Below, piece by piece: positions 27,501 to 35,778 of a stretch of 64,000 nt of DNA. The notes under the pieces are model-generated. The model saw only the letters and a program-made list of their open reading frames with translations, was not told where the DNA came from and made no database searches. The DNA is from a virus. Its lineage: Duplodnaviria > Caudoviricetes. Every line of letters begins with the position of its first letter. The stretch's first letter is position 1. The translations under genes and the position numbers were made by a program. The stretch spans positions 17,083 to 81,082 of the IMG/VR virus record IMGVR_UViG_3300020045_001640; one strand, given 5' to 3'.

Positions 27501-30311
27501 TTTGAACAGGTTAGAAGCAGCACCACGCAATACTTCAAAAGCAGAGTAGGCTTCTTTGACTTTAGCTGTGTCCATTGCGGCATCTTGTGTAGCCTTGAGG
27601 CGTTTCTGGTACTCGATCAATTCTGGAAACTTGTCACCATACTTTTCAACGGCCTTGGATACAGCGTCGTACATGGCCTTAGTGTCGCCCTCGTATCGCA
27701 ACTGTTCGGCTTTGACCCATTGACCTTTTTCTTCAAGCTCTTTGATTTCCAGCTTTGCCGATGCTTGACGAATCTCTTTCAAGTACACGTCATTGTCACG
27801 AGCGACTTGCTCAACCCTTGCACCTTGGTCTGTAATCTCTTGAATACGTTTATTATGGAAGCCTTGCGCGTCACTCTTACCGTCTTTACGCTTATTGGCA
27901 GCATCCTCTTGGGCTTGCAAAGCGTTGACAGTTTTCATTGAGGCTGCGATTTGAGCGATGCTGATATTCTCAATCATTTCAAGCTTACTAATCATGCCAG
28001 CTTTGAACATTGATTGTTGCTGTTTGTCGTAAGCAGCTTGAGCATGTGATGCTTCTGTCAGGTAGCCTTCTTGAAGTTTGATAGCTTCGTGGTAGGCATC
28101 GTTAATACCTTTGGTGTCTGTCTTGCCACCTAACGTGGCTGTCGGTATACGATCACCTGTGTCGCGCGACTTATCGGCATTGGCTTTAGCTAAGTCAGCA
28201 TTCTCTTTAGCTTTGGCAAACAACGTAGCTTCTGCCGCAGCAGCAAGCTTGGTGTTATTAGCCGCATTCTCACGAGCCTTGTTCAATGCTGATTGTGCTT
28301 CTTTTTGATCTTGCAACTGTTTTGTGCGATTGAAGCTAAACTTGGATGTCACTTCATAGAGGTTCTTTTCAGCCTCAGCAATCGCTTTCTGGTCTAACCC
28401 AACCATCTTCTGGCGTGATTCATCCCTCTCTACTTCTGCGTTAGCATCAAGTAAGCTCTTTTTCTGACGCATCTTGGCATTAACTTTATCGAGAGTCTCA
28501 GCCTCTTTCGTCAACCCGCTAATATACCCTGAAGCGTATGCTTGAGCATCCTTAGCTTGCTTCTGCAAGTCTTCGCCCTTGGCAAGATTGTACGCTGTCC
28601 AAGCAACTGCCACGACACCCAACACAACTGCCAATGCTGGAAGTGCTGCTGTGAGTGTAAGAGTACCTGCCATCAAACCTGTGATAGCTGTGCCAATAGA
28701 GGCAATACCTGCCGCAGCAGCTTGCCATACAGATGCACCAATCATTGCAGCTTTGACAGCGATTAATCCTACAGCAAGCTTTGTGAGTAAAGGGATGTTC
28801 TCAGCAATAGCCATAGCCAACTTTGCGAACCAGCGTGCCAGTTCTGCAATTGCATCTTTGAAATCTTTAGAACCAAACACCGCTTTCATACGTGACGAGA
28901 AAGCAATCACTTCTGGCTGAATACTTGTGAAAGTCTCAGCAAAGGATGTCTTCAATGTGTTAAACATAGAGTCAACTTGGCTCTTAGCTGTAAGGGCCAT
29001 CTGTACAGCACCCTTGGCAGCAAAGCCGTAGCTGTTCTCTACGTTGCGACGGAATCGTGCCAAAGCATTATCACTGTCCCCCAGCTTAGTGTTATACTCT
29101 CCCAACAACTGCGTCATCAATCTTTGGCCACGCTCATTACTCAGACGACCTTGAGCAAGCTTGGACTCACCTTTACTAAGTTTATTCAAGCCCTCATCTA
29201 GTAATGTAACAACTTCAAGCAGCGGTTTAAAGTTACCATCGGCATCTTTAAAGGCTGCTTGTGACAAATTCATTTTGTGTAGCGTGCTGCCAACTTTATC
29301 TGATTCTGCTGCCAACTCTTTGTAGAAGTTCTTCAAGGCTGTACCAGCAGCACTACCTTGAATGCCGAGATTGGACAAGACACCCAAGCTTGTACCAATG
29401 TCTTCCAGAGAAATACCGTACAAACGGTTCACAGAAGATGCAGACTTAAAAGCTTGCGACAAGGTTTCTACGGAGGACATGGACAGGGCTGCTGTCTTAG
29501 CGATCACGTCGCCAACGCGTCCAAATCCCTCAGCAGTGAAGCCGATAGCTGTACCAACGGATACAAGTGTTGTAGCAGCCTTCTCAATAGACACACCACC
29601 AACTGTAGCGAGGTTGAGTGCTGCGCTAATGGACGAGATAGCTTGATCTGCTTTCAGACCCGCTAATACTAATGTCTCGAAAGCTTTAGCGACTTCTTGG
29701 GGGCCATACACCCCTTGTCCCAAGTCCATTACAGACTTACGAATATTGTCAATAGATTCTGTTGTCTCGTTACCGCGTACACGGATACCTTCAAGGGTGT
29801 GCTCAACGTCTTTACCGACTGAGACAATGCCTTTAAGGGACGCACCAATGGCGACTCCGACCGCCATGCCGGTAAATGCTCCATAAGTCATCCATAAGGC
29901 ACCAAGTGAACCCGAAAGTCCGCGAGCCAATGCCCTCCCCTCTAACATCGAGTTGTTGTGCCTCCGTTGATGAACTTCTGCCTGTTGCAGATTTTGGTTC
30001 ATCAAGTTAAGTGATGTTGAGAGTAGTGTCATAGCTGCTGCCAGAGCTTGAGTACCTCCCGCAGCAACGCGAGAGTTAGCTGCCATCCCTTGCATGAGGG
30101 ATGCCTGTTCTCTCAATTTAGTTATGTAGGAGTCCGCTGCTGTCGTCGCCATGCGATTAGCAGCGTTAATTTTGCCCATAGCCGCGTCTAGTGAGGCAAC
30201 GCGTTTCTCGGCTGTACTTGCTGTGTTAGAGAGATTACCCAAGCTAGTATTAGCTTCACGAATACCATCACTGGACACTTTGATAACTAAACTTGTAATA
30301 TCTTGGGCCAT
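24540..30311 (-). CDS. tail tape measure protein
   Basis: 1923 aa, Ala-rich and helical, N-terminal LVIKVSSDG, follows the tail chaperones. Confidence 0.95.
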   Translation of the reverse strand: MAQDITSLVIKVSSDGIREANTSLGNLSNTASTAEKRVASLDAAMGKINAANRMATTAADSYITKLREQASLMQGMAANSRVAAGGTQALAAAMTLLSTSLNLMNQNLQQAEVHQRRHNNSMLEGRALARGLSGSLGALWMTYGAFTGMAVGVAIGASLKGIVSVGKDVEHTLEGIRVRGNETTESIDNIRKSVMDLGQGVYGPQEVAKAFETLVLAGLKADQAISSISAALNLATVGGVSIEKAATTLVSVGTAIGFTAEGFGRVGDVIAKTAALSMSSVETLSQAFKSASSVNRLYGISLEDIGTSLGVLSNLGIQGSAAGTALKNFYKELAAESDKVGSTLHKMNLSQAAFKDADGNFKPLLEVVTLLDEGLNKLSKGESKLAQGRLSNERGQRLMTQLLGEYNTKLGDSDNALARFRRNVENSYGFAAKGAVQMALTAKSQVDSMFNTLKTSFAETFTSIQPEVIAFSSRMKAVFGSKDFKDAIAELARWFAKLAMAIAENIPLLTKLAVGLIAVKAAMIGASVWQAAAAGIASIGTAITGLMAGTLTLTAALPALAVVLGVVAVAWTAYNLAKGEDLQKQAKDAQAYASGYISGLTKEAETLDKVNAKMRQKKSLLDANAEVERDESRQKMVGLDQKAIAEAEKNLYEVTSKFSFNRTKQLQDQKEAQSALNKARENAANNTKLAAAAEATLFAKAKENADLAKANADKSRDTGDRIPTATLGGKTDTKGINDAYHEAIKLQEGYLTEASHAQAAYDKQQQSMFKAGMISKLEMIENISIAQIAASMKTVNALQAQEDAANKRKDGKSDAQGFHNKRIQEITDQGARVEQVARDNDVYLKEIRQASAKLEIKELEEKGQWVKAEQLRYEGDTKAMYDAVSKAVEKYGDKFPELIEYQKRLKATQDAAMDTAKVKEAYSAFEVLRGAASNLFKGVIADNEGLGIAGVFSAAQAASEEFATKLPDLQEKLLALKVLMDADPKSDDAAKNYNKALSEMQQLANNQKTMWASVGESISKSLGDAFGSAGKAAGKLFIISQQYGNTQEKLTSNRATAIEKINKSELLGKQKELALSKVNADFDKASSQARIHAYGDMAGAAKMFFNEGSSGYKLLSLAEQGFRAVELAGMLASVNMTVITEGAKNIAKIPGVIMSFMSTMGPWGWAAAAVAIAAVLGGGAASGSGGAEAAQKKRIETQGSGTVLGDSEAKSESIVNSLKLLSEYAFSELEYSNKMLTAMQNIAASLTGVSKSLVLTQGLMTGTAFGTKEGNTTKFGGSIFGGNTSTNIIGAGLEIQGSVGSLAAGEGRTQQYEEVLHKKNGGLFRRDKEWTTKNFSDLTEEFSDSLAQSFVNVRTGLLEIGSSLGLSAADLANTLNEIPVNLAIETRGLKGKELEEAVTSVFSAEMDRITGITLQIVKPFQQMGEGLLETAVRVSNSFRVIDLELQSVGMTFGAVGTESMKARMGFIDMMGGLEEFTSKTDFFKDNFLTDAQRLAPVSAAVSKEMARLEQSSITTTEQYAALVQSQDLSTLAGQEMYVALMNVAPAFKIVADAAKELAGQRAEIEGTIYDMTHTAVEALTRQRNLELEALDESLRPLQSRVFALQDEATAAEALSVISEARASLEEKIYDMTHTKAEALTRQRNAELSAMDESLRPLQSRIYALDDEAKALAAATELATKRVNMEIQIMQLQGDKSGALAASRKIEMDAMDATLRPLQRMINALNAQATASDAVVASYNSVHDIATKIKSLVSGISNSVSDSIFGMKFGMEGNAGKYGMLDVRGARLNDQMHSSGDIYSIASIAQEQIALINQAWGLLDPEQQKAQILPFEAKLNEINSYVMQNGADPVALAKAQNAETARAIAEAVKTAIAEAMADPTSALSKAAADVKAAAADVKVAANTPAQANISVSVTAPVGSEVSVA
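25095..25635 (-). repeat. three ~60-aa (180-nt) tandem repeats in the tape measure protein
   Basis: IYDMTHT.EALTRQRN.EL.A.DESLRPLQSR twice plus a degenerate third copy; TTACG anchors at 25201, 25381 and 25561. Confidence 0.8.
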
Positions 30312-30320
30312 CTTTTGTCC

Positions 30321-31259
30321 TTATTGTTTTGATATAGGCATTACAAAGTCTAGAAGATCCTCTAGCACAACATCTGTAAAGCACTCAGTAAATCCGTCAA
30401 ACACCTGCTCAACTCCGTTATAGTTACTTCTTAGCCAAGACAGTGTGGCCTTTTCAATACGTTGTATCTTAGCGCCATCTGTAGAGAAAATTTCAGTGTG
30501 TACTTTGAAATCTAAACCAGATGTTCTACTAATACTCCTGAGTCTTTTACTAACTGTCCGATTGGTTATTCCCACCTTGGTGATATTGTCAACTAGTAGT
30601 ATATAGAATACGCCAGCTTTAGTCTTACAATATCCCGCACCAGCACAGTCGGGGCAACCATGTCCTCGCATATGGTTACTGGGGGATACAGGAAAATCTC
30701 CATGATCTTTACACGTAACGTTGACAAGACACCTTCCATTGTCCCCCATTATCACATTCGTATAAGTATACTTATAGTTGTGCGCTATGTTTGATCTCTC
30801 TATAAACTCAGGTAAAGTCGTCCTCCTAAGTGCTGCAACAGTCTCAATACCACAATCTCTACAACCATCTCCGCACTTGTGCTTTGACGCCACTAAAGTA
30901 AACTTACCATGTTTTCGGCAGATAACATCCACAGGGATCTCATCCTTAATGTAGACAGTCTCTGAATAGTCGTACTTGTCTCCATGCACAGCAGTACAAC
31001 CAATAATAAACTGTTCTTGTGTCAGTGTTCTGGACTTTGCCCTCTTGACAAATCCGCAAAACTTACAGCCTTGACCAGACCTATGTTTACCTGCCATAAT
31101 ATTAAAGACGCCGTGTTCAGGGCAAGTAACATCTATAAACCCTTCAGTAGTCTCGTACTTCGTGTGCTCGTAAGTGTAGTAGCCCTTGTGGATTTCCGTA
31201 ACTTCTGCAATGTACTGCTCTGGAGACTTCCTGCGGTTCAATCTAATTTCTTTTACCAT
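30321..31259 (-). CDS. DUF723/CapR-like Zn-ribbon repeats (x3) + T5orf172/GIY-YIG-like nuclease
   Basis: Y.Y....Y...V.C..HG.F...H..G.GC..C repeats; KVGITNR...FDGFTECF. Confidence 0.8.
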   Translation of the reverse strand: MVKEIRLNRRKSPEQYIAEVTEIHKGYYTYEHTKYETTEGFIDVTCPEHGVFNIMAGKHRSGQGCKFCGFVKRAKSRTLTQEQFIIGCTAVHGDKYDYSETVYIKDEIPVDVICRKHGKFTLVASKHKCGDGCRDCGIETVAALRRTTLPEFIERSNIAHNYKYTYTNVIMGDNGRCLVNVTCKDHGDFPVSPSNHMRGHGCPDCAGAGYCKTKAGVFYILLVDNITKVGITNRTVSKRLRSISRTSGLDFKVHTEIFSTDGAKIQRIEKATLSWLRSNYNGVEQVFDGFTECFTDVVLEDLLDFVMPISKQ

Positions 31260-31340
31260 TTACACCCTTCGTATATCCAACATTGTGAATACACTAGGTG
31301 GACTGTCGCTAACATGGCAGACAGTCCGTAGTGTTCTTTA

Positions 31341-32248
31341 CTATTCCTTCTTACCAAACATCTCTAACAATGATTCTTTCAGTCGCATACTCTCTGCGTA
31401 GGCTTCATCCTTACTAATATCTTCAAGAATAATCTCTTTAGGGCATGGACGATTCGGAGCGTTCTCTGAAGCCTCTGAGCAATACTCTGAGCTTAGGAAG
31501 CGTATAGTTTGGAGTTCCCAATCACTCAACGTCGTGTGTGTCATCACAACAGGCATCCAGCGATTCGTGGGAGACTTAACCCACTCTATGTATTCTTCTT
31601 TGAAGAACAACTCAGCCCAAGCTTTAATCTCTTCCCATGAGATAGCTGTGATACCCATACCTCCTGATCCCACTGTTCCTACTTCATGCCAGATTTCAGC
31701 AAGCCATCTTTCGTAGGTTGACAGCGGAGCCATTTCGAGGTATGGTGAGCCTTCTAGATAACACTCTCTGCGTGGCTTGTCACCCTTGTCTGGCGTAGTG
31801 TTGAGCCAAGCAGTGTGACGAGCGTACGCAGAGAGGGAGGTTCTTACTTCTGCAAAAAACTAGCATCGACCTCAAGGAAGGCGCTTACTTGATCTTTTAC
31901 CCAATACAGAGTAGGATCGCTGAACAGTTCAACAAACTTGTCAGTGTTGTTAATTGGTACACCGTCGCCAAGGTCAAAGTTAAAAGCCTCTTGACAGACG
32001 GTTGCGAGCAGCTTATTATTAGCTTCAACGTTCTGTTCAAAAGTGGCTTTGCCGTTACGACCAGCTTGTTTGCGCGAGAGTTCTGAAACAGCGTTGCGAT
32101 AGGCTTTAGAAGCTTTACCGGCTACGAGGATTTCAAGGGGAAGCTTCTCCTTGTCGTCAGCGTACAGAGCAACGTCTGTTTCTGGATCACGCAAGTGCAG
32201 ACGTGCGGTTTCTTGGATTTGTTTTGCTTTGATGTTAAAAACTGCCAT
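31341..32248 (-). CDS. tail assembly chaperones G (31844..32248) and G-T fusion made by -1 frameshift
   Basis: Slippery T TTT TTG (31853-31859) just before the G stop; the -1 frame is open (FAEVRTSLSAYARHTAWL...) into ORF 31341..31733. Confidence 0.85.
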
Positions 32249-32392
32249 GATTTTGATTCCTTTAGTGTGGTGAATTAATGTACGTCCTGCTTATGCAGAA
32301 TCTGTAGTGAAGAATGGCTAACACTTGTTAGCCATTTATTGCAAGCTAGAAGAGTGGCAGATATAAGGTCTGCTCACTCGTAGCACAACTAT

Positions 32393-32836
32393 TTAAGCCA
32401 GAATAATGTTACCAGACAGTTCCACAGTGGCGTCAAAGCCGGTGATAGAGCCGGCACCACCAACAGCCGTTTGATATCCCATGACCAAGCCTTGTACATA
32501 CATCTTGGTAGCGTCAGCCAGAGTAATCAAGATCGAGTAAGGTGCTTGCGAATCCGAAGCAGCGATGAAAATCGTTTGGCCTGGATCACTCGGCGCGCGC
32601 GCGCCTTTTACGCTTAAATTCCCAGAATTTGCGATACCCTTGAGCTTATATGTGGTAGGATCGTTCACAGGGGTATGCGTAATCAGGCCGAAGGTTTTAC
32701 CCAAAGTACCGATTTCTGTTACTTCTTTAACCACTGTGTAAGTCAGCGCGCCGAAGCCTGCTGCGTCGTAGGTTGCTGGTACGCCAGCGGAGATGGAGAG
32801 TGAACTTCCGGCAGAACTGAAGGCAAGAGTAGCCAT
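32393..32836 (-). CDS. major tail tube protein
   Basis: 147 aa beta-rich; EVTEIGTLG, YKLKG..NSG; upstream of the chaperones. Confidence 0.8.
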   Translation of the reverse strand: MATLAFSSAGSSLSISAGVPATYDAAGFGALTYTVVKEVTEIGTLGKTFGLITHTPVNDPTTYKLKGIANSGNLSVKGARAPSDPGQTIFIAASDSQAPYSILITLADATKMYVQGLVMGYQTAVGGAGSITGFDATVELSGNIILA

Positions 32837-32859
32837 ATTGTGTTTCCTTTAAGTTTAAA

Positions 32860-33216
32860 TTAGATCAAGATGAAAGCATCTACAACAGCACCTGTAGCTG
32901 CGGAGATGGAGACGCTGCCCACTAAATAGGCTGGCACTGTATCAAGACGAACGACTGCATACGCGTTAGCAGCTACAGTAATCGCATAACCTGCTGCCAC
33001 GGACAGAGTTGCCCCGCCACAGCCCGGAACAGTGACAGTAGTGCCAGAGGCACCGTCAAGGGTTACTACAACACTGGACGCACTAGTATTAGCAAGAATA
33101 AGTTCTTGCCCGCCGTTGGGTGTGTAGACCAGAGTATCGCCTGATGTTGCTAGTGCGACCTTAGTAGGGGTGAAAGAACCTAGTACGTTCTTCAGAGTAT
33201 TTGTAACAACAGCCAT
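32860..33216 (-). CDS. putative virion structural protein
   Basis: Ala/Thr/Val/Gly-rich; AAGGA RBS; next to the tube gene. Confidence 0.6.
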   Translation of the reverse strand: MAVVTNTLKNVLGSFTPTKVALATSGDTLVYTPNGGQELILANTSASSVVVTLDGASGTTVTVPGCGGATLSVAAGYAITVAANAYAVVRLDTVPAYLVGSVSISAATGAVVDAFILI

Positions 33217-33219
33217 GAT

Positions 33220-34155
33220 TTATTCCTTATTGGTTAGAATTGTGCAGCACGCCTCAGACACGTTTAGTAACAGAGCGTTAATTTCGACAGCCTTAAAACA
33301 CTCGGTATGGCCGTCATGCTTGTCGTCAGTTTTAAAGCATTCCTCTGACAACTGTTTTAGTACGATCTCCTCAAGCTTTTTAGCTACTTCGCCATCTTGA
33401 AACTTAATGAAGAACGATACAGTAAAATCTTTACCGCTACTGTCGGCAATTTCTTTGGCCCGCACACCCACTTTTCGGTTAGTGATACCTACCTTAGTTG
33501 TACCATCCGACGATTGAAGTACATAAAACACACCGGGCTTGTTAGTACGATACCCTGTCTTCATGCACTTCTGACACCCCTTCCCTACAGAGTGCGCTCT
33601 AGATGATTGTGAGAACATCCCGTGTTCTTTGCAAACTATATTAACAAGGTCGTCCATAGTGCGGTACACAGTTCCAGAGTAGTCATACTTATCCCCGTGT
33701 TGCTGCTTACACATACTGATAAACTCTTGCTGCGTAAGTCGGGGCCGTCTTACGATATTCTTAGCACAAGATGGACACCCTCGACCACTCAGATGTTCGT
33801 TTGGGGTTTGCCAGAAACTACTATGCTCTTTGCAAACTACTTCAACTTTAACCTTTGCAGAAATGTACTCAACTAGTGAATAATCGTAAGTATGTTGATG
33901 TAACACCTCTGCCTTACTGATAAATTCTTGAGTGTTTCCAGTGCTTGCCAAGCCCCTCTTTACAGAGGCACAAGTTGGGCATCCTTGTCCCGATAAATGC
34001 TTTGATGGAGATTGACGGAAGATTCCGTGAACCTTGCACTCGATATCAACGTGTTGCTTGTTACCTACATACTCTACATTAGAGTAGTTATAAAGGTCGC
34101 CATGTAGCAGAACTGACTTGTCCATGAAGTCTTTTGTAGTCAGTCGTCTAGACAC
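33220..34155 (-). CDS. DUF723/CapR-like repeats (x3) + T5orf172-like nuclease
   Basis: Same repeats; KVGITNR...HDGHTECF. Confidence 0.8.
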   Translation of the reverse strand: MSRRLTTKDFMDKSVLLHGDLYNYSNVEYVGNKQHVDIECKVHGIFRQSPSKHLSGQGCPTCASVKRGLASTGNTQEFISKAEVLHQHTYDYSLVEYISAKVKVEVVCKEHSSFWQTPNEHLSGRGCPSCAKNIVRRPRLTQQEFISMCKQQHGDKYDYSGTVYRTMDDLVNIVCKEHGMFSQSSRAHSVGKGCQKCMKTGYRTNKPGVFYVLQSSDGTTKVGITNRKVGVRAKEIADSSGKDFTVSFFIKFQDGEVAKKLEEIVLKQLSEECFKTDDKHDGHTECFKAVEINALLLNVSEACCTILTNKE

Positions 34156-34167
34156 TTTTACCTCTTA

Positions 34168-34566
34168 TTAAGATTGTTGTTCTAACCTGTAGCTAATAAC
34201 AACAGGTGTAATACGATACCCGCTAGGGTCTAAGATTGCTTGCTTCTCACTCGGAGTGTTCTCAATACTCACACTACCCTGTTTCGGCACAAGCGGGAAA
34301 CTTGTCTTGATTGCTGCAACAATATCGTCTGTCTGTTTTGTGCCATTTCCCACAGGACACCACACATTAATCTGCATGATTCCTACTTGGCGCTGTCTAG
34401 TACCGTCAACAGTGACATCTATTGTCGCTGCTGGCATGATAAACATTTCAAGGAATGGTGCATTACCTAGAGGCTTTGTGAACTTAGTATTCTCAAGACA
34501 CAGAGGCAACGATAAAGAGGTTGCGAGGGTGGCAAGTCTATTGCTCAATTCTGATCTCACACTCAC
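34168..34566 (-). CDS. tail terminator protein
   Basis: G.MQINVWCPVGNG pattern and position. Confidence 0.7.
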   Translation of the reverse strand: MSVRSELSNRLATLATSLSLPLCLENTKFTKPLGNAPFLEMFIMPAATIDVTVDGTRQRQVGIMQINVWCPVGNGTKQTDDIVAAIKTSFPLVPKQGSVSIENTPSEKQAILDPSGYRITPVVISYRLEQQS

Positions 34567-35009
34567 ATGTATTTACCTTTCGTAGCAGCTACACTTAAAG
34601 CCACCATACGGTAGGGCTTCACATCATTTGACCAGACCCACCCGTTCGTACCCTCACCGGGCTTCCATCCCAAGACTTCAGCGTAATACGCCTGCTCAGT
34701 GTTGTTAGCAAGGGTCAGAATATTGTCCTTGCCAAAGAACGGCTTCTGTGCAATACTAGCTTTAATCCGAGCAAGGCTATCAGCACCAGAGTCGCTTGTA
34801 GCCGCTGTGATAGCAGTGCTTGGTGTTGGCCCTACAGCAGCGTACCATTGATTCTTTAGCTGGCCTTGAGAGTACTTTGCACCAAGAGCATGAGTAGGGC
34901 TAAGCTCTACAGCAGAAGTAGAGAGTTCTTCAAACACCTTACATGTGGCAGCATTCGCTGCAAGGAGAGCCTTCTGCTCCCACTTCTTAACGTCGTCAGC
35001 AAAGCTCAT
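34563..35009 (-). CDS. neck / tail completion protein (HK97 gp10-like)
   Basis: MSFADDVKKW...GQLKNQW...LANNTEQAYYAE...GMV-like end. Confidence 0.7.
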   Translation of the reverse strand: MSFADDVKKWEQKALLAANAATCKVFEELSTSAVELSPTHALGAKYSQGQLKNQWYAAVGPTPSTAITAATSDSGADSLARIKASIAQKPFFGKDNILTLANNTEQAYYAEVLGWKPGEGTNGWVWSNDVKPYRMVALSVAATKGKYM

Positions 35010-35032
35010 TGTTGTCTTTCTTCTTGGTGCGC

Positions 35033-35061
35033 ATTATAGCCTATTGAGTGCTTCTTGTCAA
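35033..35061 (-). promoter_or_regulatory. consensus sigma70 promoter for the tail genes
   Basis: TTGACA-17bp-TATAAT followed by GCGC. Confidence 0.8.
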
Positions 35062-35074
35062 GAGGGACACTGCG

Positions 35075-35353
35075 TCAATGACGTTTACAAGAAAGCACAA
35101 GTGTCAGTGTTGTAATCCTTGGAGGCACTGTACTGGTAGTAATCGTGTTTGCAAGATAGTATATCGTGTTGGCAACACCCCCTGTAGCAAACACAGAAGT
35201 TTTACCTCCCTCAATCTGCCCGTTAGACAATGTAAGCCCTCCTACATCTGCCCAGACACTATCCACAATCGTCTCACCAGTAGCTAACCACTTGGAGTAG
35301 TCAAAGCCGTAGTCTAGCGATGCTCCCGGTGAGTGTTCAAATTCATTATTCAT
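35075..35353 (-). CDS. fibre adaptor-like virion protein
   Basis: P.ASLDYGFDYSKWL..GETI...GG....Y...NTITT pattern. Confidence 0.6.
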   Translation of the reverse strand: MNNEFEHSPGASLDYGFDYSKWLATGETIVDSVWADVGGLTLSNGQIEGGKTSVFATGGVANTIYYLANTITTSTVPPRITTLTLVLSCKRH

Positions 35354-35361
35354 ATTTTCCT

Positions 35362-35778
35362 TTAGCGCCTCACTACTACGAAGCTTTGACGTGGTGGGAC
35401 ACTTATAGAGCGCCTTATTTCCAGTGTGTACGATATAATTGCACCATCAACTGAATATGTGCAGACAAGGTTGCTTGACACAACACTCTGATCGAATACT
35501 GAATAGCTTCCAGTGATGTCTGAATAAACTTCCACATTGACGCTGTACGAAGCTACCAAGTCTGCCAACACACTTGACATTGCGCTGTCAATGTTATAAC
35601 TACTTAATAGGTCAGAGCTTACTGAAGTCAATACCAAATAGTTTGCAACAAGGTCTGCGGATACGAGTGAATGTACGCCATAGGAGCAGACCATATCTGC
35701 GCTTACCGGAGCTGACCCGGCAAATTCGGCAGCACTCGCTGATATCGGCGCGCTGCCCAGTGGCGAAACGCCGAGCAT
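35362..35778 (-). CDS. virion fibre-associated protein
   Basis: MLGVSPLGSAPIS N-terminus; internal S.DL...Y repeats. Confidence 0.55.
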   Translation of the reverse strand: MLGVSPLGSAPISASAAEFAGSAPVSADMVCSYGVHSLVSADLVANYLVLTSVSSDLLSSYNIDSAMSSVLADLVASYSVNVEVYSDITGSYSVFDQSVVSSNLVCTYSVDGAIISYTLEIRRSISVPPRQSFVVVRR

